The translations under genes and the position numbers were made by a program. Source: a virus (taxonomy: Duplodnaviria > Caudoviricetes). From it: a stretch of DNA of 36,787 nt. The stretch lies in IMG/VR virus record IMGVR_UViG_3300010366_000008, positions 1 to 36,787 of that record; one strand, 5' to 3'. The notes beneath the pieces were generated by a model that did no database searches, was not told where the DNA came from, and worked only from the letters and a program-made list of their open reading frames with translations. Shown here piece after piece: positions 17,859 to 25,596 of the stretch. Each line of letters starts with the position of its first letter. Within the stretch, counting starts at the first letter, position 1.

Positions 17859-18065
17859 TCAGCTTCCGTTGCCCTGCATCAGGTTGCCGAGATTGTTCGC
17901 CACCGGCCGACGTTTGGATTTGGCCGGCGGCGGAATCTTCGCGCCGGCCTTGCGTGCGGTATTGAGCGCGATCGCCACGGCCTGCTTAGGTTTGGTGCCG
18001 CTTTTGATTTCGCGACGTATGTTCTCGCTAATGCTGGCTTTCGATTTACCCTTAATCAGCGGCAT
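17859..18065 (-). CDS. Small basic phage protein
   Basis: MPLIKGKSKASISENI...KQAVAIAL motif common between terminase and portal genes. Confidence 0.75.
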   Translation of the reverse strand: MPLIKGKSKASISENIRREIKSGTKPKQAVAIALNTARKAGAKIPPPAKSKRRPVANNLGNLMQGNGS

Positions 18066-18066
18066 A

Positions 18067-18489
18067 TCATTTCCTGTCGCGCGTCACGCGCACGTTGGTA
18101 AAGCCTTCGCCCTGTAGTCCCGGTATCTGGCGGCGCACGTCGGCGTGGATGCGCGAAACCTCCGTGGCGCTGACCGGGCGGGAGCGCCCCTGCTGCGCCT
18201 TCAGGCACGTATCCAGCGGGGTATCCATGACGATCACGGCGGTCTGCGCTCCGTGCCTGCGGGCGATCGAGAGCGCCGCCTTGCGGACCGCGGGGTTCGC
18301 TCCGGTGGTGTCGAACACCACGTCGCGGCCGGCGGCCAAGTGCTGGTTGAGCTGCCGGTACGAATCGTGGAGTATGTCTCCCGGCGCCTGTTTGGTTCTG
18401 CGGTCATTGGTGACGACCGTGCCGAGACGCGCAGCGTAGGTGCTTTTGCCCGATCCGGGCGCACCGATCAGAACCGTCAGCCGCGGCAT
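18067..18489 (-). CDS. P-loop kinase (AAA_33 / polynucleotide-kinase-like)
   Basis: Walker A GAPGSGKST, VVFDTTG, lid motif TPLDTC...R. Confidence 0.85.
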   Translation of the reverse strand: MPRLTVLIGAPGSGKSTYAARLGTVVTNDRRTKQAPGDILHDSYRQLNQHLAAGRDVVFDTTGANPAVRKAALSIARRHGAQTAVIVMDTPLDTCLKAQQGRSRPVSATEVSRIHADVRRQIPGLQGEGFTNVRVTRDRK

Positions 18490-18491
18490 GA

Positions 18492-18650
18492 TCAGTCCTT
18501 CTCGCCGGGCTCTGCGCTCTCACTGATGTAGGGCGGCAGCTCGCTCTGCCGGGTCGGCGTGCCGTGGGCCTGTTTAAGCGCGTGCATCTGCGGGTCTTTG
18601 CACGGCTTGCCGGTTTTCATGTCCTTATCGCCTTCGTTGTTCTGTGCCAT
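18492..18650 (-). CDS. Hypothetical 52-aa protein
   Basis: MAQNNEGDKDMK...EPGEKD fills the gap between neighbours; below ORF-track cutoff. Confidence 0.5.
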   Translation of the reverse strand: MAQNNEGDKDMKTGKPCKDPQMHALKQAHGTPTRQSELPPYISESAEPGEKD

Positions 18651-18869
18651 TTACTTCTGCTCCATCGTTCCCTGGCCCTTGAGGCTGGCGGTTGCGCTGC
18701 CGGCGGCGCCGCCGCTGCCGGGCCCGTTGAGGGTTTTGCTGCCGGCGTTCTTCGGGCTTCGCGTGCCCTGTCCGGCCTGCGGATCAGCGGTGCCGTGATG
18801 CGTTCGCACCTTGTCCATCTGCGGGCCGCCGCTCGATTTGCGGCTGGCGAAATACGGTCCGTTTCCCAT
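18651..18869 (-). CDS. Hypothetical 72-aa Gly-rich protein
   Basis: AGGAGG RBS upstream; abuts next ORF. Confidence 0.65.
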   Translation of the reverse strand: MGNGPYFASRKSSGGPQMDKVRTHHGTADPQAGQGTRSPKNAGSKTLNGPGSGGAAGSATASLKGQGTMEQK

Positions 18870-18896
18870 TCGTTGCCTCCTATCCCATCCAGGATT

Positions 18897-19166
18897 TCAA
18901 TGTTCCTCACGGATAATCTTCAATTGCCGGTATTCGAAATTACCTTCGCGCCCGGTATCGAACTTGACCCGAGCTATACCTAGACCGGCGCGGACGACGG
19001 TTCCGTAGTCTCCCTCTGAAAATTGCTCACGATCGGATCCACGCAAGCGCACACGCACTCCCCGCTCAAAATTAGAAACGTGATTAGGTAAACAACCGCC
19101 GGTAAGGTTGCCGATCTTGCACCGCCCTGGAACAGGCCTACGGCGATGAGGGGAATATTTACTCAT
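18897..19166 (-). CDS. Hypothetical protein, possible SH3/KOW-like fold
   Basis: FERGVRVRL...GTVV...RVKFD...LKII pattern; lower GC by eye; start uncertain. Confidence 0.45.
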   Translation of the reverse strand: MSKYSPHRRRPVPGRCKIGNLTGGCLPNHVSNFERGVRVRLRGSDREQFSEGDYGTVVRAGLGIARVKFDTGREGNFEYRQLKIIREEH

Positions 19167-19167
19167 T

Positions 19168-20667
19168 TCATCCCATCCATGAACCGGGCATCTCTCCTAC
19201 GAAGCGCCACTCCGGCTGTTGCTTCGGCGCCACCGGCGGCACCTGCGCCGCAAACGTGAGCGCGAGCGCGTCGCCGCGGTCCGGGCTGGCCACGCCGCGC
19301 TTCTGCATGGCGTCTTTGCTCTCGAGCACGAGCTGGTCGCTGCGGTTCAGGTGCGATCCGGGCGCCGCCAGATCGGTTTCGAGCACGATGTCGTCCGCGG
19401 GTATGGCTCCCCGGGTGAGCCACTCCTTCATGCGGTTCCACATGAAGGCGCGCATATTGGCCTGGTGTCGATCGGGAGACGGGCCGCCAAAGTTGACCTC
19501 CACCACGTTGTCGAAACCCATCCCCTTGAGGCGCTCGACATACGGCGCGCCGAAAGCACTGTCGACGAACAGCATCGAAACCTGCCGGCCAGGCCGGCGG
19601 TCGTTGAGGACTTCCGCGAGGCGCGCGAGTACGCCCGAGCGTTCCTGCGAGTGCTCGCCCGGAATCGCGATCGGCGGGATCGAACGGGCGTCGCTGCCGC
19701 GGCGGAACCAGACGACGTTCCACGCTTGCCCACCTCCGGAAACGTCCATTCCCGCGACTAACGCATCATCAGCGAAAGTTGCCACAGTGCGCTTTTTCGC
19801 GGCGTCGATACGGTCCTGGTCGATGAACTGGAGATCGCCGGCCCGCGGGGCAATGCCCCGGACGCGGACGCGGACGTAATCGCTGTCCTCACCGTAGTCA
19901 GCGATCCACTCGGCGATCAGATCCTTGTTGGTGAAGCGCGATTCGCGCGAATCGATGCAGCGCACGTTCCAGCGGTCGCGCAGCTTGCCGAAGCAGATCT
20001 CGTAAAAGCGCCCGCTCTTGCGCGCCGGCTGCCCCCAGGCGAAGAACATGGGCTCGCCGTCAGTGAGACCGCCCTGGGCCACGTCCCAGATCTCGTCGGG
20101 GATATGGCTGGCTTCGTCGAACATGTACCACGAGGTCGACGTGCGCGCGTGCTGGCCGGCGAACGACTGCGCGTTTTCGGCCTTGCAGGTCTGGGCGACA
20201 ATCTTCCAACCCGCGGGATCCTGTTTCGAGTAGATGCCGTTGCTGCGGATGTGGAACCAGTGGCCGGTGACGCACAGGCGTGTCCAGCGCTGGATCGCGG
20301 CCCACGTGCGGCTTTCGAGCTGCGGGTACGTGTTGGCGGTGACGGTGCCGATCGAGTACGGCCTGGTCGAGAGAATCCAGTCAGCGATCCAGGCGCCGAG
20401 CGTCGATTTGCCGGTGCCGTGACCGCTCGAAGCCGCCATCAGCACCGGCATCACGGGATCCGTGCCGTTGAAGCGCCGCTGGCGGACTTCGTTGCCGAGA
20501 TCGATTAGGAAGCGCTCCTGATTGGCGTCGGGGCCGTCCTCGTTCTCGAGTTCGGTTCCTTTCTTCCGCCAGGGATAGGCGAAATGAACGAAGCGGAGCG
20601 GGTCGTCGATGAAGCCGACCATTTCGTCAGCGAGCAGGAAATCAGGAGCCGGTGCGGGCGAGATCAT
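19168..20667 (-). CDS. terL: Terminase large subunit
   Basis: Walker A SGHGTGKST, Walker B YMFDEA, nuclease AGMDVSGGG and SPDRGDALALTFA. Confidence 0.95.
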   Translation of the reverse strand: MISPAPAPDFLLADEMVGFIDDPLRFVHFAYPWRKKGTELENEDGPDANQERFLIDLGNEVRQRRFNGTDPVMPVLMAASSGHGTGKSTLGAWIADWILSTRPYSIGTVTANTYPQLESRTWAAIQRWTRLCVTGHWFHIRSNGIYSKQDPAGWKIVAQTCKAENAQSFAGQHARTSTSWYMFDEASHIPDEIWDVAQGGLTDGEPMFFAWGQPARKSGRFYEICFGKLRDRWNVRCIDSRESRFTNKDLIAEWIADYGEDSDYVRVRVRGIAPRAGDLQFIDQDRIDAAKKRTVATFADDALVAGMDVSGGGQAWNVVWFRRGSDARSIPPIAIPGEHSQERSGVLARLAEVLNDRRPGRQVSMLFVDSAFGAPYVERLKGMGFDNVVEVNFGGPSPDRHQANMRAFMWNRMKEWLTRGAIPADDIVLETDLAAPGSHLNRSDQLVLESKDAMQKRGVASPDRGDALALTFAAQVPPVAPKQQPEWRFVGEMPGSWMG

Positions 20668-21079
20668 CGCGTTTCATTTCGAGCAGACGTTGCCGGCCTT
20701 CCTGTAGCCGGCCGGCGATGTCGATCGAGCCGGAGAGTTCCACAGAAGTGCGATCGCGGTATTTGTTGGGCATGGCGCCACGGGCGAGGAACAACAGGAC
20801 GGTGTCGGACTCGCAATCGATGGCGCGGCGCACGACTTCGGCTTCGATCACGTCAGCGAATCTGGTTTCTGCCTCAGCGAAAGCCGCGCGGTAGACCGCA
20901 TCGGTTTTGAGTTTCTGGTAATGCGTATCGCGGGAGTAGCCTGCGATCTCACAGGCCAGGTTCACGCGACCGGTGTCGGCGAAAGCTGCCAGGAATTTCC
21001 TCGCCTTTCTGGCAAAGCTATAGCCCGGCTGGCTGGATACGGGCGTTATGTCGGATTTGTCAGTCGTTTGAAAGTCCAT
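20642..21079 (-). CDS. terS: Terminase small subunit
   Basis: HTH (FLAAFADTGRVNLACEIAGYSRDTHY), SDTVLLFL...KYRD; overlaps terL start. Confidence 0.8.
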   Translation of the reverse strand: MDFQTTDKSDITPVSSQPGYSFARKARKFLAAFADTGRVNLACEIAGYSRDTHYQKLKTDAVYRAAFAEAETRFADVIEAEVVRRAIDCESDTVLLFLARGAMPNKYRDRTSVELSGSIDIAGRLQEGRQRLLEMKRDDLARTGS

Positions 21080-21318
21080 ACGCCAGGTGGGTTGTCGGCA
21101 GTTTCGCGGCAGTGCGAGTATTTTTGATTCGTAGGCGGGCGTCCCGCGGGCAGCAGGTCGAGGTTGTCGTGGACGGCGATCAGTGCGCGAATGCGCTGGC
21201 GGGTGCCGCGTCCGATGGCGTGCCCGTTCGCCAACATGCGTTGAGCCGTCGGCACGGAGACATAGCCGAGCAGGTCGTCACCGGAGCCGTAAACAGGCAA
21301 CAGGGCAGGGGAGGGCAT
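21046..21318 (-). CDS. Hypothetical protein, first gene of late operon
   Basis: ORF from ATG at 21318 (MPSPALLPVY...); start uncertain. Confidence 0.55.
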   Translation of the reverse strand: MPSPALLPVYGSGDDLLGYVSVPTAQRMLANGHAIGRGTRQRIRALIAVHDNLDLLPAGRPPTNQKYSHCRETADNPPGVWTFKRLTNPT

Positions 21319-21410
21319 AGGAGAGTTGGGAGTTCCAGGATTAACGTGGCGGTCCGAGGGCCCACGGTAGAAGCGCGATCCCATGTGAACGCGCGCGTGA
21401 TTTTTCCCGT

Positions 21411-21439
21411 AGCGTACTATTGATTCCAATGTAAGTCAA
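21411..21439 (-). promoter_or_regulatory. Sigma70-like promoter for the packaging/virion operon
   Basis: TTGACT-N17-TACGCT on the - strand. Confidence 0.6.
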
Positions 21440-21738
21440 ACAAATCAGGAGCTTGCACAGGAAACAGTTCACGTTCGCTGTCTTGCACGCAGCCTGACAC
21501 TTTCATCAAATTTTCAGAATGAAAAAAGTACTGTTTTATTTGCAAATCAATTGCATAAACATAGTACTTTCTCGGAATTCTCTGCAACCAGGAAGGATTC
21601 TGCTGAAGCGCGATATCCAGTTGATTTCCAAACTATTTCGACAGCGTTACAAGCACGCCGTGAGCCTACTTTCGCAGTTTGCAATATAAGCTAACAATTC
21701 TTGTTAGTTCTTTGCCCGTCATGAGGTTAAAAATGGGA

Positions 21739-21767
21739 TTGACAGGGATTCCTATGAAGAATAGGAT
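21739..21767 (+). promoter_or_regulatory. Sigma70-like early promoter with overlapping inverted repeat
   Basis: TTGACA-N17-TAGGAT; TCCTAT-gaaga-ATAGGA dyad over the spacer and -10. Confidence 0.65.
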
Positions 21768-21899
21768 TTTCCGACAGAGCCTTCTGAGGGCAGATGCAGA
21801 CTGGAAAGCCTGCAAGAACACGGTGATCCGTCGAGCGGGGCGGCATCCCGGCGAAAGCATCGAATAGCTGTACAAAATTCCGCAGCAGGAGTGTGTCGA

Positions 21900-22103
21900 T
21901 TGACGAAAACACCTCGCGTAAATGTGGAAGTGAGCCAAGCCGCTCACTTGCGGCTGATGGCGGAAGTATACCGCCGCCAGCTCAAAGAGGGCCGCGGAAA
22001 GACGTATCCCGTATGGCGGGTCATCGACGATTTATTGATGAGCCTTCCGGAACCGGATGAGGAGCCGAATCCTGCGTACTTTGAGGATGCCTCATGGCGA
22101 TGA
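21900..22103 (+). CDS. Ribbon-helix-helix-like DNA-binding protein
   Basis: AGGAG RBS then TTG; RVNVEVS strand followed by two helices (AAHLRL, VIDDLL). Confidence 0.6.
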   Translation: MTKTPRVNVEVSQAAHLRLMAEVYRRQLKEGRGKTYPVWRVIDDLLMSLPEPDEEPNPAYFEDASWR

Positions 22104-22191
22104 GCATTCAAAGTACATATGCAGTGAGCCTATTTAATGGGTGTCTATATACAGTCGCGGCATATACACCCGGTTTGTATTCTGGTAGTAT

Positions 22192-22449
22192 ATGCGCCCT
22201 TCCGTTACCCGGAGCCAGTTGCGGCGTGCCTTTGCCGACACGGTGCGGATTCTGCGGGCACGGACGGGGATTTCGCAGGAAAGACTGGCGCAGGAATCGG
22301 GCATGGACCGGGTATACCTGGGCTCGCTTGAGCGCGAGAAGCACACCCCCACGCTCGAAAGCATCTACCGGCTGCTGCCCATCCTGGACGTCACGTTTAC
22401 CCAGTTCGCCGCCGAATTCGAGCGCGTACTCTACAGCCGCAAACCCTGA
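22192..22449 (+). CDS. XRE-family HTH transcriptional regulator
   Basis: LRARTGISQERLAQESGMDRVYLGSLEREKHTPTLESIYRL. Confidence 0.92.
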   Translation: MRPSVTRSQLRRAFADTVRILRARTGISQERLAQESGMDRVYLGSLEREKHTPTLESIYRLLPILDVTFTQFAAEFERVLYSRKP

Positions 22450-22466
22450 CTCCGCAGGAGGCTGCC

Positions 22467-23420
22467 ATGCCGGCTAGCGACACCGGTGTCTCTGTACTGG
22501 TGCCGGCGAACCAGCCCGCACCGCTCACCCGCGAGCAGATCACGCTGATCAAAGACACCATGTTCAAGGGCGCGACCGACGACGAGTTGAAACTCTTCGT
22601 GCAGGTCTGCAACCGCAAGAACCTCGATCCGTTCTCGCGGCAGATCTACGCGCTCAAGCGCTGGGACGGAAACCTCAAGCGCGAAGTGACCACCTTCCAG
22701 ACCGGGATCGACGGATTCCGACTGATTGCCGAGCGCACCGGCCGCTACGAAGGCCAGGACGGCCCGTACTGGTGCGGAGTCGATGGCGTGTGGCGCGACG
22801 TCTGGCTGGACAAGAGCCCGCCGCTGGCCGCCAAGGTAGGCATCTACCGCACGGGATTCGTCAAGCCGCTCTATGCAGTGGCACTGTACACCGAATACGT
22901 GCAGTTGAACCGGGAGAGCCGGCCGAACTCCATGTGGACGAAGATGCCCGCCAACCAGCTCGCCAAATGCAGCGAGAGTCTGGCGCTGAGAAAAGCCTTT
23001 CCGGAAGAGCTGAGCGGTCTGTACACGTCCGACGAAATGGGCCAGACTGACAACCCGACGGCGCCGGCGGACGCGAAACCGGATGCTCCACCGCCCGTGG
23101 CGCTCGCGCCCGAGGACTCGTTGCACGTCTTGGAGATGTGGAAGCAGATCAAGGGGTCGGAACTGGAGCGGCCGAACGGGTCGATCAAAGATGTCTGTGA
23201 GATCTTCGCCAAGCTCAAGGCGCGGCTGATCGAACTGGAGGGGGAGGCGGGCCAGGCGGAATACTACCGGGTTTTGAAGGAGTACGGCAAAGTGGAGCAC
23301 GCCAACCAGTTGCGGCAGCGGGCCGCGCAGACCGCCAGCCTGCACCTGTTTCACGCTATCCGGCAGGCGGAAAGCCGGATCGATCCGGAGCCGGCGGCAG
23401 AAGGCGAGGCGGAGCCATGA
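22467..23420 (+). CDS. bet: Single-strand annealing recombinase (Red-beta/RecT family)
   Basis: ATDDELKLF...LDPFSRQIY, GIDGFRLIAERTG, WTKMPANQLAKCSESLALRKAFPEELSGLYTSDEM. Confidence 0.93.
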   Translation: MPASDTGVSVLVPANQPAPLTREQITLIKDTMFKGATDDELKLFVQVCNRKNLDPFSRQIYALKRWDGNLKREVTTFQTGIDGFRLIAERTGRYEGQDGPYWCGVDGVWRDVWLDKSPPLAAKVGIYRTGFVKPLYAVALYTEYVQLNRESRPNSMWTKMPANQLAKCSESLALRKAFPEELSGLYTSDEMGQTDNPTAPADAKPDAPPPVALAPEDSLHVLEMWKQIKGSELERPNGSIKDVCEIFAKLKARLIELEGEAGQAEYYRVLKEYGKVEHANQLRQRAAQTASLHLFHAIRQAESRIDPEPAAEGEAEP

Positions 23421-23917
23421 AAGACCTGGCGCCGTTGTGGAAGATCAGTGAAGATCTGGATGCGCTGGTGAACAGCGCCGAGACCTGTCCGCCCGAACTC
23501 GAGGCGGAGCTCGAGGCGCGCATCGCCAGTTACCTGAAGGATGAGGTGGCGAAAGTCGACCGGGTCGGCGAAGTGTTCGCGTCGCTCGACGACATGGCGG
23601 AGAATGCCCGCCGCGAGATCGGCCGGCTGCGCGCCCGCGAACAGTCGGCCGAGCGGACGAAGGAGCAGTTAGCCAAGTATGTGTTGAGCGTACTGCGCGA
23701 ACGGGACGGCCGGCCGCTCAAGGGCCACAACGTGACCTTCAGCGTGCGCCACTCGGAGGCGCTGATCGTGGACGATCCCGAGCGCGTGCCCTTCGAGTGG
23801 AAGCGGCAGACGGTCTCGGTCGACATTCCGAAAGATCCGTTGAAACGGGCGTTGAAGGCCGGCAGTAATATTCCGGGCGTGCATCTCGAGCAGCGCGAGA
23901 ATTTACAGAGGAAGTAA
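23417..23917 (+). CDS. Siphovirus Gp157-family protein
   Basis: Coiled coil (EIGRLRARE), IPKDPLKRALKAGSNIPGVHLE C-terminus; adjacent to bet. Confidence 0.85.
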   Translation: MKDLAPLWKISEDLDALVNSAETCPPELEAELEARIASYLKDEVAKVDRVGEVFASLDDMAENARREIGRLRAREQSAERTKEQLAKYVLSVLRERDGRPLKGHNVTFSVRHSEALIVDDPERVPFEWKRQTVSVDIPKDPLKRALKAGSNIPGVHLEQRENLQRK

Positions 23918-24087
23918 TGAGCGAGGATCCCGACCGGGCCGAGTGCCCGTCGTGCGGCTCACGGAATACCGACCCGATCCAGTGGTTTGGGCCAACTGGT
24001 GTGACCAGTCCGGACGGTGTCGAGGAGTGGCGGACGCAATACGGGATCGGGTGTCACGACTGCGGCCGCATCGAGGAAATCTCATGA
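23917..24087 (+). CDS. 56-aa zinc-ribbon protein
   Basis: MSEDPDRAECPSCGS...GCHDCGRIEEIS; TAATG and ATGA overlaps with both neighbours; not in ORF track. Confidence 0.65.
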   Translation: MSEDPDRAECPSCGSRNTDPIQWFGPTGVTSPDGVEEWRTQYGIGCHDCGRIEEIS

Positions 24088-24749
24088 GAAACGTTCGAGT
24101 GGAACTAATCGGCAAAATGCCGTTACTGATGCACGCAGACAATATCGAGTGGGCAGATCAAATGGAAGAGTGGAAAAATAATCCAGCCAATAAAGCTAAA
24201 TCGAAAGCCGGCGATGATCGCACGCCGCCCTGGCGATGGATTGGATGCTTGAACTTCGACGAACCGAACACCGGAGTCGTTACGATTCCCTCCGAATACA
24301 TCATGAGTTGCATCCGGCGGGCTGCTGCTGAGGTTCCCACTGGACAAGGAAAGAAGACATTCAAAGAGCGGAGCCAGAGCGGGATTATCGCTCCTGACTT
24401 TCACTGGTGCTTCCAGAATGACGCCAAGCCCATTCCCATGAGGGAGATTCAAAAAATGCGCGCTCTTACCACGTTTAAGGAACACGCGGAAGCCGCTGAA
24501 GACCTCGGCTTCACATTGTTCGTGAAGCGGGCGAAGATCGGAACCTCGAAACATATTCGAGTGCGTCCCCGCTTCGATCAGTGGAGTGCATCGGGCGAGC
24601 TGATCATTATTGATGACGGAATCAACAACCGGGTACTGGGCGATATCTTCAAGATCGCCGGCAGTTTGAAGGGCCTGGGTGATTGGCGTCCCAGCGCTCC
24701 TCAGAGTCCCGGACCGTTCGGGACGTTCGAGGCCAAGATTTTTTCGTAG
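24084..24749 (+). CDS. Stand-alone RAMP/Cas7-like RNA-binding protein (221 aa)
   Basis: GAGG RBS and ATG at 24084; VRVELIGKMPLLMH first strand, VTIPSEYIMSCIRRAA (like RAMP IPxSxxKGxxR), RVRPRFDQW, C-terminal Gly-rich loop AGSLKGLGDWRP...GPFGTF. Confidence 0.75.
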   Translation: MRNVRVELIGKMPLLMHADNIEWADQMEEWKNNPANKAKSKAGDDRTPPWRWIGCLNFDEPNTGVVTIPSEYIMSCIRRAAAEVPTGQGKKTFKERSQSGIIAPDFHWCFQNDAKPIPMREIQKMRALTTFKEHAEAAEDLGFTLFVKRAKIGTSKHIRVRPRFDQWSASGELIIIDDGINNRVLGDIFKIAGSLKGLGDWRPSAPQSPGPFGTFEAKIFS

Positions 24750-24755
24750 ATTTCC

Positions 24756-24843
24756 GGCCTGGCACGCCTCGGCAAGGCCCGGCGCGGTACGGCATGGCGT
24801 GGCCGGGCGCGGCCCGGCAAGGCGAGGGCGCCAATGGCGCAGG
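24756..24843 (+). ncRNA. Putative guide RNA 1: 14 GGY-NN pentamers plus conserved hairpin tail
   Basis: Perfect 5-nt phase over 24756-24825 (12 GGC, 1 GGT, 1 GCC); NN = CT AC TC AA CC GC AC AT GT CG GC CC AA GA; followed by GGGCGCCAATGGCGCAGG. The repeat is seen directly; RNA status is inferred. Confidence 0.75.
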
Positions 24844-24855
24844 AGGTTCCATCCA

Positions 24856-25350
24856 ATGGGTAAGACATTTCGTGGTGGCGTCCCTTATGCCGTGGACGTA
24901 AGGCGTCTCACGGAAGCATTTCCGGGTCCTTCATTGACCGAGGGGCGCACGATTACGCATGCGCAACTGGAAGAGATCGTGAGCGCAAGCAGGGCTAGTC
25001 AGCGATATTACGGCGTGATCCATTCCTGGATGGCGCGCATGAAAAACGCCAATGGGATTTTCATCATCTGGCAACGATCCGTGGGCCTGAAAGTTTTGTC
25101 TCCGGCTGAGATTTTAGGTTTTGCCGGCACGAAAACCCGACAGAAAATCGGCCAGTTGGGCAAGGCAGTGAGGATTTATGGGCACGTTGACCGCAAGAGA
25201 TTAGACACGACAGGGCAGCAGCGTTTTGATCACGAAACACACGTACTATCGGTTTTAGAGGACGCCGCGAGGGCAGCCAAAAAGGAGATGCCGATCAATC
25301 TCGCCCCGATTCGCTCCTTGCCGAAACCCGCGATCATGCGCGAGGCATAG
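24856..25350 (+). CDS. Unknown 164-aa accessory protein between the two arrays
   Basis: AGGAGG RBS at 24841-24846 and ATG at 24856; basic protein, possible winged-helix N-half and helical C-half. Confidence 0.75.
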   Translation: MGKTFRGGVPYAVDVRRLTEAFPGPSLTEGRTITHAQLEEIVSASRASQRYYGVIHSWMARMKNANGIFIIWQRSVGLKVLSPAEILGFAGTKTRQKIGQLGKAVRIYGHVDRKRLDTTGQQRFDHETHVLSVLEDAARAAKKEMPINLAPIRSLPKPAIMREA

Positions 25351-25366
25351 TATGAGCAAAAGATTA

Positions 25367-25439
25367 GGCGCGGCAAGGCACGGCTGGGCCGGGCTCGGCC
25401 AGGCAGGGCCTGGCGAGGCGAGGGCGCCAATGGCGCAGG
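25367..25439 (+). ncRNA. Putative guide RNA 2: 11 GGC-NN pentamers plus the same hairpin tail
   Basis: Perfect 5-nt phase over 25367-25421; NN = GC AA AC TG CG TC CA AG CT GA GA; 25416-25439 is identical to 24820-24843. Confidence 0.75.
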
Positions 25440-25440
25440 T

Positions 25441-25596
25441 ATGAGGCTCTTTATGCTCGGCTGGGCGATTCTCCTGACCTTGGCGGCGCTGGCGGGCATC
25501 GGGATTTGTTCCGTCCGCCGGCAGATACGCTTACGCAGGGAACGGCGGGCGCTCCTGCATATCACCGGAGTGACTCCGTGGTGGGGGCAACGATGA
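25441..25596 (+). CDS. 51-aa single-pass membrane peptide
   Basis: MRLFMLGWAILLTLAALAGIGICSVRRQIRLRRERR...; ATGA overlap with the next gene; not in ORF track. Confidence 0.55.
   Translation: MRLFMLGWAILLTLAALAGIGICSVRRQIRLRRERRALLHITGVTPWWGQR

Noticed and set aside
19738-19779. Reverse complement of the array-1 NN string, read with every third base skipped, decodes as S-F/L-G-A-R-T-I/M-V-A-G-F/L-D/E-V-S/R, resembling this terL's TFADDALVAGMDVS
   Set aside because: Only 18 of 28 positions match; my rough binomial estimate gives a few such hits by chance in 73 kb. Not accepted as a self-target, though related phages' terL genes are worth including in the gapped search.
24679-24855. N-terminal extension of ORF 24679..25350 through array 1
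   Set aside because: The Arg/Gly/Pro-rich translation is a by-product of the stop-free GGC repeats; AGGAGG plus ATG at 24856 is the better start
24756-25439. Classical CRISPR array or simple microsatellite
   Set aside because: There is no series of 25-40-bp repeats with unique spacers, and the variable NN positions argue against slippage expansion
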